Assembly: GCA_973895155.1 (NCBI GenBank)
Contig: OZ316899.1
Span: 13,705,934 to 13,769,933, forward strand
Source of the DNA: Marsupella aquatica
Lineage: Eukaryota; Plantae; Marchantiophyta
Length of the DNA: 64,000 nucleotides
Direction: 5' to 3'
Made by a program: the position numbers and the translations under genes. Of the stretch, positions 1 to 11,790 are shown one piece after another. The notes under the pieces are model-generated. The model saw nothing but the letters and a program-made list of their open reading frames with translations, was not told the DNA's origin and searched no databases. The stretch's first letter is position 1; each line of letters begins with the position of its first letter.

Positions 1-858
1 TACATCTCTGCATCTCATGAAGGTCTTCTTGAGGTATTTAGCATGTTTCGATGCCTTCCCAAATACTACAAAGTCATCAATGAAGATTTCCATGAACTTT
101 CTCAAGTAGTCATGGAAAATGTTCACCATTAATCATTGGAACATAGCTGGTGCGTTACAGAGTCCAAACGACATACGATTGAAGACATAGATCCCCCATT
201 CCATGATGAAGGTCGTCTTGATTTGGTCCTCTTGCCTAATCCTGATTTGGTTATAACTAGAGTACCCATCCATGAATGAGTATAGTTCATGACTGGCTAT
301 CATGTCTAGTACCATATCAGTAAAGGGTAAAGGAAATTGATCTTTCAACGTAGCCTCATTCAACTTCCTGTAATCCTGACAAACCTGGATCTTGGGTTTA
401 CCATCGAGTCCAGCTTTCTTGGGAACTATCACAATTGGAGACACCCAGTCTGAGTGTAGGACTGGAGTGATGAATCCGGCTTCCACTAGCTTGTTGATTT
501 CAGTTTTGACCATCAGGGAATACTTGGGGTTCATCCTTCGAATTGGTCGTCGAAATGATTTGGCCCCTAACATTAGATCAATTCGGTGTTCTCCTAATTT
601 TGGGTCTACTCCCTTCAGGTCTTGGTGGCTCCATGCAAACACATCCTGAAATTCAACTAGTAATTCACTGATATCCTTCTCAAGCTCAGGTGCTAGGTCC
701 CGCCCTAACTTCAGTTCTCTTCCTTCTCCTAAGTTGAGCTTCTGGTATTGCCGTGGTTGGATCATATTAATCTGCTTCTTCAAATTTGGGTCCAGCTCGG
801 CTTCCAGCCTCTCCAGTCTCATACCTCCATAAACTGGAATCTTGGCTGTACTAGCCAA
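1..858 (-). pseudogene. pol: Gypsy A reverse transcriptase (partial)
   Basis: WVSPIVIVPKK, CQDYRKLN, FMDGYSSYNQI, FGLCNAPAMFQ; FIDD motif near 76-90 after a frameshift. Confidence 0.95.
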
Positions 859-875
859 GTTGGTTGGCCGATCCC

Positions 876-1994
876 TTAGTTTTTAATTGTTGTCGATGAT
901 AGATGGTGTTGTGGATCCTGCCGGCTCTGCCACAACGCCTGAGGAAAATCCACTGTCTCTGGTGCAGCTCCCCACTTAGCTGTTTCATCCAACTGGTCCA
1001 CCTCTTGTGCTTCCTCCGTAATTGAAGCTAAAAAGGTGGACTCTATGGCAAAGCAATTCTCGGTTTCTTCTTTACATTCCTCCAAGTCACTCTCCATAGG
1101 TTCTTGCCATAGTCCACTGGGGGGTACTTCTGGTCCAAAGACACTTTCTTTGGTTAGGTCAGTGAGGCATTCTAGCCAACATACCTCATCGGCTGACTCC
1201 AGTCCATTGTCGTACCCGTCTACCTCCCTGATGCTTCTCCTATGATCATCCTTGGTGTCCCAGGATACTGTGATAGAGGGGGTCCCAAAAGTGAACTCCT
1301 TCTTACCCCAATCCTCTATTACCTTGGCTAGGTAAAGCCATGGCCTGCCAATCAATAGTAAAAATAACGTAGGATTTACCGGGTTCATTACTACATAGTT
1401 AATGCTAAAGAAGATACCTCCTATCTCAGTCTTGATGCCGGTTAACACTCCCGTGGGAATGACCTGATACCCATTGGCCATGTTCAACACTCTTCTAGTC
1501 ATCTCCGGCATTAGACCCCACCCTTTTGTTGTTGAATCAATCATAATACATACCCCTGATCCTCCATCGATGGGTACCCGTAGTAATATTTCTCCATGAA
1601 TCATTAATGGTAATGTTGGGGCTCCTTGATCTTCTTCTATCATCAGCACGTCGGATCTGGTTGCTACCTTGGGTAATCTCGGCTTGCCCAGAATCGCCTT
1701 CCTTAACTGTTTTCAAAAGTACGGGCTATTTTTGAATAGTTGACCTACTATTGCCGAGACTCTAGATTCTAATACATCTTTAGCCAGGTCATAGGGGGCT
1801 ATCGGCTTCTCTTCTAGCGGTGTCTCCATCTTGGCTTTGGCTTGTTTCACGCTAGTTTCCATAGGCGTCGGATCTTTTGAAGCAAACAACGCTTTTGCTC
1901 GTTTCACATCCTTGGCTATGGCTTTGGTATTCTCCAAGGTTTCTAATTCTTGCAGTTGTTCCTTAACACTAGCCGTAATAGAGGGGTAGAACAA
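876..1994 (-). pseudogene. Gypsy A aspartic protease region
   Basis: VPIDGGSG active-site motif and LLIGRPWL. Confidence 0.85.
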
Positions 1995-2059
1995 CTTAGG
2001 GTGATCTCGCTTGAAGTTGCTGTCGTGTGAAGGATTGGGCTCACTAGTGGGCTCATGGC

Positions 2060-3787
2060 TTACCTCTGTTGCCTACGCCTTTCCTTCCTTCTGGTGGATT
2101 GAGTAGAGACCCGGTAGCAATCATGGTCCAAATCCTCTTCTGAGAATGTTGATAGGGCCTGGGCTTCATCATTAGATGGTCCAAACTCTGCCTTGGCATC
2201 CGTTTGCCATCCGAGTTTGATGTGGTTGATTTGAACTCCTCCTGGGGTAGTACCTAGCGGCAAGACCTTGACCGATAAGAGCTTATGATCTGTGGCCAGT
2301 CCTGCCAACCAAGTAGGACATTGTCCTAGCATGTGACCCTCCTGTTGGCATCCCATACATAGCTGAGCTGGTTGTCCATCATCTTGTTTGCGTGCATTTG
2401 GGCATTGTCTAGCAAAATGGCCAGGTTGACCACAATTATAGCATGCCGCAAATCTTTGCACATTTGGCTTAGGAGGTACTGACGGATTCTGAATAATCCA
2501 AGGATACATCTCTCCCGGATTGTTCCTTAATCCTGACCAGAGAGATGCAGGTCGGTTGGATAGGTCTCGTGCTCCAGTCTCACTGGTGCCAAAAACACTA
2601 TCAACGGCATCCCCTAGAAAGTACTCTACTTCTCCCTGACATGGTCTGACCTCAGCTACATGCTGAACATGACTAGTATTGAGTTTAGGACATGCATCTT
2701 TATGGTGTCCGGTTTTATAACATAAGGCACACCATATAGAGCTATCCTCCAGTACTACTTTCTTCTTTGGCTTTACCTCTGCTATTATAGCCTTAAGTTG
2801 CTCGGTAAGAGCTACAATGTTATCTGGCGTTTTAGCCTCTAGCTTGACTTTCAACTTCCCCCTCCTTCTGCCTTTCTTTTTCCTAGATTTTTCTTCTTCA
2901 GAACTAGAAGATGACTCACTCTTGCTACTTCCACTATCCAAGCTTGAGTTATCACTTCTTGACTTCTTAGAATGTTTTTTTTTCTTATCTTTTTTCTTAT
3001 GGGGTGATCCTTCCTCTGATGCGGAACTCTCAGACTTGAGCTGTTTCTTTCGGCTTGTGATATCTGCATTAATGTACAATTGAATATCTCTAATTGCCTC
3101 GGCTAAAGTCTCTGGGTTCTCCTTCCTAATTGCAAAACTCATCTTTTGTGGCAAAGCATTCACCAACCATTGAAGTTGCATACCTTCAGATGCATTGGTC
3201 TTTGTACGTCTTACCAGCTTTTGGAAGCGTTGCAAGAACTTCCTGAAGGATTTGTTCTCCTTGAACCGAAGTCGTCCCAACTTCAGCACTGCTAGCTCTG
3301 AGGTTCCTATGGGTCAAAACTCCTTAACAAATAGTGATTTGAAGGTATGCCATATGTCTTGATCTTCCACATCCAATGCTCTGTACCAAGGCCTAGCCTC
3401 ACCCTTGAACAGGCCGGGAAGAATTTGCATCTTGATGGTTGATTCTCCATTTGCTGTAGCGGTTCCCTCAAAGTCATCCAACCATTCGTTCGGATCTTCA
3501 TCTCCTCTTCCATGAAATGCCTTGTAATGAATGCATGACCGTTGGCTCAGTCTGGTCCCTGGCCTCTCATCTGGCCGTGCCTCTGGTTCCCCCATGTTGG
3601 TTGGGGACTTACTTCTCCTTACCGACTCTTCTTGTGATGTTTCTTCTTCAACCCCACTTTCAGTTACGGAGCTCCTAGCTCTTTCTGCCCCTCTTAGTCC
3701 CTGTGTATCATGCCACCCGACGAGCTGCTGTAGACGAGCTCTCTCCCGTTGAATCGCTCTTTCCTCCCTCAGCGTAGGTTTAGTCAT
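2060..3787 (-). pseudogene. gag: Gypsy A gag, frameshifted near 3300
   Basis: FHGRGDEDPNEWLDDFE capsid-like segment; three CX2CX4HX4C knuckles (CALCYKTGHHKDAC, CYNCGQPGHFARQC, CMGCQQEGHMLGQC). Confidence 0.9.
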
Positions 3788-3834
3788 TACCTACGCTTCC
3801 TTCCTAACTTCATATCTCACGGCTTAAGAAATGC

Positions 3835-3852
3835 CCCCTGCATCTAGCGCCA
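3835..3852 (-). promoter_or_regulatory. Primer-binding site of Gypsy A (TGGCGCTAGATGCAGGGG, tRNA-Asn-like)
   Basis: TGG-starting sequence 4 nt after LTR end ...CCACA and upstream of gag; tRNA identity is from recall. Confidence 0.8.
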
Positions 3853-3856
3853 AAAA

Positions 3857-5950
3857 TGTGGTGCGTCCCATGGCTCCCTAAACCCAAGAAACTCCCCTGC
3901 ACAAGCCGATTCCCGCAGGTTTTGCTCTCGGCGAGGCTGGTTCTGTGGCTTAGCGGCATGGGACGCTGCTAACTTCACTACTAACATTTTACACACATAT
4001 ACTGGACAGATCCTTCATTGGGTCATGAGATACATAGCCGGCCTATTCTATGCCTTCCCTTGTCTTCCTCTCGTAGTTTTCCTTTAGGTATGTTTGGATT
4101 CCGCCGCCGGAATGATCCCCAACTAGCTTGGGTAAGCCGCTAAGACCTCTCTAAGCTTGACACATCCAACTCTTACTACCTTGCTTACTCCCTTCTCTTG
4201 GTTGATGTGGGCAATCTTCAAACAAGTTAATGCAACACACAAATAGTAAAATGACTCCTTCTGACTGAGTTATACCATGCACTTGCCATACAAATAGTAC
4301 TTCTCATACACAAGATCTGCGAACTAAGCCGTGAGGCCAACTCTATTCATCTCTTAGGCATGAGGAAACATGAATATACACAAGGGTCACAGTATAACTA
4401 ACCGAGAGCTTCTTTTACTACTTGATCCCAGCCCTGCTGGTGCACTAAAAACTTGCTAAGGAAGAAGGCCCTGAACTCCCCGCTGCCCAAGTACTTATCT
4501 TGGCAGTGGATCCGCCTAATTCCTTGCAGCATAAGCCTAATCTATCCTAATTGTAATCTACCTATGTACAGCGAGGCAGGACCACAAGTGTTGCTCTTAC
4601 CAGTGGATCCGCAATCCCACTAATCTAAGTGTCAGGGCCGCCTCTTGGTCCTAATCCTAAGTCTAAACTTGGAGATTTGAGCCCGCCCTGCCCACTCACG
4701 CCTCCTCCCTCCACGTTTGCCCTCCTTAAAAGGAGCGGCCCTCCACCACCGTCATGGTAGCGGTGGCTGATCCTCAATGGACGCCCCCAACGCCCCCAAC
4801 GCTTCCTCCGCAGCCACTGCCGTAGGTCCGTCCTCTGACAGATTACCTGCCCCGGACCGAGTCAACTCTCCATCGGCCTGACTGCGTGCACCCTCGGCTT
4901 CGGCCTCAGCATCGGCCACGGCCTCCAAAATGGCTACGGCCTCCCTAGCTTGCTCTAGTGGTGGATTTGGTATACCGGCTTCATCACTGTTTGTTCTGGT
5001 TTCAGCCGTGCCATCCCCGCCTTCTAGGACAGTTGTGTCCTCTGCTGTGACCCTGCCTGAGGTTGGTGCCGGGTTTACCTCCTTGGTTACAACGGCTTGA
5101 GAAGCCGCATTACTCCCTGACCTAGAAGGTTTCCGCTTCTTCTTCTTCCCTATTTTGGCAGCTGGTCCCTTCCCCTTGCCACTTACTTCCGGCACCGGTG
5201 CGAGTGTCGCGGCTTGTCCTTCGGCCAGTACTACCCCTGGCAACTTGGTTGCCCCACTTGGAGTTGGAACTGATGAAGCCAAGCACTTAAATACTGCGGC
5301 TTGTTTCTTCAGCCGCTCCGTTTGGTTGTCGGCCCACCGCTGTAAGTTCTGCATCTTCCTCGTGCTTTCTTCCAACTCCTCCTGCATTTTGTCCAAGTCC
5401 TTTCGCGCCTCCTCTAGCTCCTTCTGGGCTTCCTCCAATTCCTTCTAGGCTTCCTCTGATCCCTTCTTTAAGGTAGCCCTCTCCTCCTCGGTTGCTCTTA
5501 GGTCCTTGTCGAGCTCCGTTATGACCTTAGACTCCATTTTGTTCATCTTGGCATAAGTCTGATCAAGCTGGTCGTCTTTCTCATGCAGGTCGGCCTTGAA
5601 GCTGGCTGTCAGGGATGCAAGCTCCTGCTGCAGCACAATAATCCCTTGATAGGATTTCCCTAACTTGGCCTCCTTCTGCTCAAGGGCTCCACGGATATCC
5701 TCGAGCTCCCCCTTCAACGCCGTCTCCCTCCTTTGGGTCTCCGCCATGGCCCAATTGTTGGTTGCTATGTGGGCCTCCTCTGCGTCCCTCAGCTCTCACT
5801 TCCACTTCTCCCTTTCCTTGACCGAATTGGCCAACTCCCCTTGGGTCCAAGTCAATTTATCCTTGATAATCTGATTATCAGACTGAGCGGTATCCAGTTG
5901 CCCTGCATGATGTTTAGCTCATGCCGCTTACCTTGGGCCCTCAGTCCTAG
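3857..5950 (-). repeat. 5' LTR of Gypsy A (>2 kb, outer end lost), contains an ORF
   Basis: Inner end fixed by CA + PBS; abrupt change to AT-rich sequence near 5950-6000. Confidence 0.7.
4752..5945 (-). pseudogene. LTR-embedded ORF, coiled-coil C-terminal part with NLS-like KKKKRK
   Basis: In-frame heptad-rich ORFs 5445-5747 and 4752-5438 separated by one TAG. Confidence 0.7.
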
Positions 5951-6562
5951 TAAAATATCCAGACCCCCTTGCAATCGGCCACCCTCTTGGTACCCCTTCT
6001 TAATATTTTTTTGATAATTTATATTTCTCTTGTTACTTCTAAAAATCCAATTTTTGGCCTTTGTTTATATCCTTTAGTTATTATAAAATGATAAATTGAG
6101 ATAATTTAATTTACGTTGCTCCGTTATAAAAAAAATCATTCAAAATACAAGAAAAACACCCAAAGCTAACTATGATGAAAATACTTGTATACTTTTATTA
6201 TCTAAGTCTCTTTGGTATAGAGAATTCACTGATGTACTTTCTAGAATTGTATGAAAGAGAACATGCTATTAATAACTACAAGTAAATATTGTCGGCTGCT
6301 AAATCACAACCTTGTTTAGATTTCCTACATCTAGCCTCCATCGCCATTAGGATGCTCTGTTAAGCAAAGCTTTACAGGCAATTCTGCAGGCCAAAAAAAT
6401 TGATTGTAAAAGTGTGTCGGCACAACAGCACACTCATGCTCAGATCTTTCAATCCTAACTAATTATCCTACATAGCCCCTTCACACCTGACTCTAGAAGA
6501 GGAACCACAACATCACAAGCTTCTAAGCCTGTATCAAATATAGACTCATCATCACAATGAAC

Positions 6563-6656
6563 TTCAATCACTTTGGCTTCATCCCCTACAGGTTTCCTCT
6601 TTGCAGGAATTCAATCACTTTGGCTTCATCCCCTACAGGTTTACTCTTTGCAGATC
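6563..6656. repeat. 47-bp tandem duplication
   Basis: TTCAATCACTTTGGCTTCATCCCCTACAGGTTT at 6563 and 6610. Confidence 0.9.
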
Positions 6657-7035
6657 TCCAAATTCCTTTTCTCACTCTGCCTCTTGGTACTGTAGGGCTT
6701 CCACGATCACATCTGCACTTCTTCTTGACTCTAGTAACTAACACCATTTTTTGATTGTAATATACCCCAAGCTGATGTCAATAACCTAATCCACAATGGA
6801 CCAAACCATATTATATCAGCAATATGAACTTAGCAAATCAGAGAATTGAAATGACAATACTATATTGAAGAGTGCAAGAAGTCACATTGTAGGTAGGCAG
6901 GTTTACCAATGAATTGCAGATGAAATGAATAGATTATATACCCTTCCTTACTGCCTTCCCTGCAACCAAACAATGTTTTTTCCACTATGAGATGAAAGTC
7001 TAGGGTAGGGATGTACCTTGGGCAACTCCACCTGA

Positions 7036-10000
7036 TTACACAATGTTGTTCCTTACAAAATTGTCGAGCGCAAGTACATCATCTAGATGTAACTCAAAAC
7101 CTGAAGGATACAATGGATCAACTGTGAAATTGACTGTTGATATGACACAGTTCAAGTCGATGATCTGAGGATCACATATATTGTAGGCAAATTTATGCCT
7201 ACGAGTGCCAATAGGAGTAAACCAATTGAAGACAACTTGACACCCTACTTCAAAACCAGGCCTATCTAGCAGATCTAGTGCTTCTCTTGATCTGGCAATG
7301 GTGCCACCATCTTCCGATGTATGCTCTGTACTCTACCAATCCACCAACCATATTTTGGACCAGGAGCAAAAGATGCAGGTACTGCTTCACCTCTTGGTCT
7401 CCTAGGATTTTGCACCGACTGTTTCCTTTTTCCCCCTTGACCCTTCCCTTTCTGTGCTCTAGAATTGGCCTCTGTGTTTCGAGTAGTTCTGACCTCTTCT
7501 GTTTCATCCAAAAAGAATACCCCATAGTCATTGCCGACTATCATGAACATAGTTGCAACTCCTTCACGAAATGTGGGTTTATCCACCAAGTTATTGAAGT
7601 ATATACTCTGCTTCACTCGGGTCAGCCGGTCCTTACTAAGATGAGGGTTCCCAACAAGCTGACTTACCAACGTACTTTTGTAGATCTCTCATCCATTATG
7701 AGTGACAGTTGGACACACTTCCTGTATGGGCGCCCCATAAACCAAGTTTGAATACATTACATTCATGGTAGCCTCTAGTTCAGCCCCAGCCACCTCTAAA
7801 TCTGGGTCTACCTCCCTATGGACCTCCCTCTCCTTGCCATTAGGAATGACAATAGGGATGACACCCGCCTGCAAGTTTGGGCCAGACATTGGGGTTGAGA
7901 TTGGTGTAGATGATGATGCAGTTCCAAGTACACTTTCAGTGGAGGTGGTTCTAGGGGTGGACTCAAGAGGTAGCGTATCCCGCACATCTACCAAGGTGTC
8001 CACATTGATATTACACCAGCCACCAAACTTGGTGCCTTTCTCCTCAACTTTCCATGGTGAATTCCACCATAGTTTGTTGTTGGCAGATGTTGAAGGATTC
8101 ATTTGCAATTCAGTGGCTGCAGTTTGAGCCAACTTGAACCCCTCTTTCAAAGTTAGGACGATATTTGCATTTGTCTCAATCCCTGTGTAATCTGATTGGT
8201 CTGCCTCTATATCAATCCCCTCTTCTGCAGGATGAAGAGTCATCCAAATGCTCTTATGCTTTTTATGGCTTTGTCCAACACCCATCATTCCCTCTGCCAG
8301 ATCCATTGCAGCCAACCTATTAAGGGAGGTTGCACACTCTATTAATTCTGCTATATCATAGTTCCGCTCATTACCCCGCATACCCCCTACCTTGGAAAAA
8401 AACTGTTCACAAGTATCTGACCCGATCAGATGTAATGGCACTGGCAGATGACGGAAATTAGTCCTAAATTGAATTATCAAGAAGACTGTAAAATGGACTG
8501 ACATCTGTATGTCCAGGAAAGTCTGCATAGGGATGCAACTCTTGGTAAAAGTTATGCTCTGTGTGTTACCTCCCACTGCATGATTACCATGGAAGCACCG
8601 TAGACGCCACAACCTGAACAAGAAACCCACTTTCCCACATAGGACAATTCACTCTCGCAAAGTGAGTCGGGTATTCATAAATATGTCCAAGTAATCAGCA
8701 CATATCCCTGTATAAACCTCAGTCCCAAGTGCCAGCTCCACCTTTGCATCCTTGCGCAATCGTAGCATCTTTAGCATGGAACTCACTTTGCAGCTACACA
8801 GCCTTTGTGCACTTGCCCAATTTTGCCTGTCTGCACGTCTTATGTCCTCCTCGTTAAGACCATGCTCTTCATGGTCATATAAACGGTAGACCTGTCTCAG
8901 GTGACTCAAGTTTGCCACCTGTGACCCTTATTTTAGGATCCGGGCAGTAGAATCCAGTGGATTAACTAGCTTCTTCCCATTGTGGATAAAATCCTGATCA
9001 TGTAGCCCTGTTGCATGCCTCAATGTTCCATCATTGGTCATGGTGTGAGTCAGTTTCCAACCTTCCCACATCAGGTTTGGTGCCCTTGGCCCTGGTACCC
9101 CTCTTCCACTGTAGTCCTCAAGCATGAGTTTTCGTCTTCGCGAATCCTCATCACTTGCGTGGCCTAGTACAGGCCCCACCTTCTCTAGACAACGGGTGGT
9201 CCACATTGAATCCATGTCACTCCACTGTCGCCTGACCCAAGGACTGTCAAACGTATTACAAGTTGACGTGCCCAGTACAGGCAAGCGAGGGAACCCCACA
9301 GCAAGGGGATTCACTATCACACACCTTGCAAGGTGCCCTACCCTTGAATTATCAAAAGCACCTATAATGTTGTTGAAGCCAACTTCTCCCTGCCACACCT
9401 CGATCTGCGATCTTGCCTTACATTCATGGTCGGTTTTTCTTCCACAAACCCAAGAAGTGTATCATCTTTAGGCAACCATCTACAAAGAATGCAAGATGTC
9501 ACTACTTTAGTGTATGTTCAAAGAACTCCACATACTTGAACTAGAGAAGTCATTGAACAGCTTTGACAAATATTCATAAGCTGTTAAAGGCAAATTACCT
9601 TACTGTCCGCTTGACATAGGTCTCGTCCTCTGCCAGAAAGCAGGGAATTGGGCCTGATATATCCAGGCGTTTTTTAATTTTAGAGTAGATCTCTGCAATA
9701 AACTTGAATTGAGATTCATGGATCCCTGCTCTGAACACTGGCATACCTCTCCTGTCTTGTTGCAGGGTGTTTAAACTAGGCCCTATTCCATTAGTGGAAA
9801 GGCAGTCAACTACACGGCGCACACCATGCAAGAACAATGTCTGGCATAGAAGCTTTGTTCCTGGCTTATATCTATAGCCTTCCTTCTCTTTGTTCAAGTT
9901 CAAAGCTATATCTGACAACATATCCCATAGAGCACCCCTTCCACCAAATGCGCCCCTTTTGTGTGCTAAAACTATTGACTGGCAAGTTTTCAAGATAGAT

Positions 10001-11790
10001 GCCTTGTTTGGACCCTGATAGTTGAGGCAGACCTCCCTAACACATGGAACTGAGGACTTAAACATAAGCAATTTGTGGCTAAGGAATCTCTGTAACTTTC
10101 TCTCTCTGCAAAGAGTATTCCTATACACTTTAGCTTGCCTCTGAATCTCAAAAACTGTGAGGTACCCTAAGCGCCTACCCTTCCCGGTCCCTTTGAAACC
10201 CCGTTTCTCAGGGGCTTTATCTTCTCTTGATACCCTTTGTCTAAAGTCGTCTAATGTTTGTATGGAAAAACATTTTGAGCATGTCAAATCTTCAAAACCA
10301 CCCCCTTCTTGTGAAATTTGCCTACATTTGGAATGTCTGAATAAACCCATGATCACACAAGTCTCTTGAGTGGACAAACACCACACCTCTACCCTGACCA
10401 GAGGCTCTGCAAACCAGTTCCCCTCTACTTTGACTTGGTCGTTCAAGACTCCCTTGATAGGCCTGGATTCTGAACCATATTGTACCTCATCCCGCCATAG
10501 ACCCCAACACAACAGTGATAAGTTATCAATAATACCTCTGTCATTGTCTGCTGTAGGCACCCGAGAGGAACTGCTGGAGGCACCTGCAGCGGACGAACGG
10601 CTCAAAAACCCCTGGATTGTCCGTTGTTTGACATCCCTCCTGTCCACAGTTTGGGGTCTTCCAGGACGTCCTGACATAACAGGTTTGTTTCTTGCGGGCC
10701 TCTGACTTTTTGTCACGTAATCAAGATGACTTAACCCACTACAATGAGCGTTCAGGTTGGACTCCAAGTTCCGTTGCTTTGGTATCAATGACATGTGGCA
10801 CAGACAAAAGTTGCAGAAAAGCTTCAACCTCTGCAGCTCCACCGGGTCCTTCTGAACATCACCCACGACAGTAAATGTATCCTGACCGACACTCTGGGAC
10901 TCATTGACCTTTGCCACAATGCTCAGATGCTGGTCTAGTATGGCTCTATCACTCATACTAGTAGCAAGAGCCCTTCTACCAATCTCTCATGGGTCCACAG
11001 TCTCACCCCTGTTTGATGCAACATGGGCTGCATGCTTGGATGAGCGCAAATGCTTGCTCTTGTAGTTTGTGAAAGCATTGTTGATGGATGTCTTATCCAT
11101 CAATCCTCCCTTTGACGTCCCCTCCACCCGAGTGTCACACTCACAACACTCAAGATGTCCCCTTGGCAGGTTGTCTTTGTCCCAGGTTTTGACCTTCCAT
11201 TTGTGGTCACCACATTTAATGGACTCCATGTAAGCCAACAACTTCTCCACAGATGATGTCCATACTCTGTTAAGATCATTGGACATCACTTCTAACAGAA
11301 AGGTGACTTGTAGATCAGGCTCAGGCTTAGGCTCAGATGATGGAGCCCCAAAATCTTGAGTAGGGCCCAATTCCGGTTTGTCCATGATTGGAGAAGTGGC
11401 ACGCTCGTCACTCTCCGTCCAGGAGGGCCCATTTGAGGTATTGCTGCTTCGGAGGACTTGATGCGGTCCTATCAACACATTCTGAATAGAGCATCACTAG
11501 TATTCATGGGGATGATAATGATCTTCCCCCCAAAATCCTCAATGAGATTGAGTTTCTCCCATTTTCTTTGCATTCTCGTATTGAGACTGACATCGATAAA
11601 ATCAAAGTCAAAGTCAAACTATGACTCCAACTTTAGTCTGACATCAGCAAAATATTTGCCTATGAGGTAGCTATATGATGACACAGGCTTCCGCTACCCA
11701 CCTTCTGAGTCTACTTGAAATAATGTGGTGGGCGGCATTCTACCACACCCTCTTCGGGAGCCCTATGCACCTCACATGGGCCTGCAAACA
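7036..11790 (-). pseudogene. P-element/THAP9-like DDE transposase with N-terminal zinc fingers, intron-containing, degenerate
   Basis: Co-linear motifs AEDET, GHASDED, DFIHNGKK, DRQNWASAQRL, GSDTCEQFFS; CxxC...HxxxxxH fingers in ORFs 10987-11478 and 9595-10956. 5' limit approximate; further exons possible to ~12900. Confidence 0.75.
9480..9598 (-). other. GT-AG intron (119 nt) in the transposase gene
   Basis: AG|GTAATT ... TTTGTAG|A; splicing restores KRTVRWLPKDDTLLGF. Confidence 0.8.

Larger units (their letters stand above)
1..3856 (-). mobile_element. Ty3/Gypsy LTR retrotransposon A, internal region (non-chromovirus, Athila/Tat-like), degenerate, runs off the left edge
   Basis: Minus-strand order PBS-gag-protease-RT; multiple stops and frameshifts. 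Confidence 0.95.
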
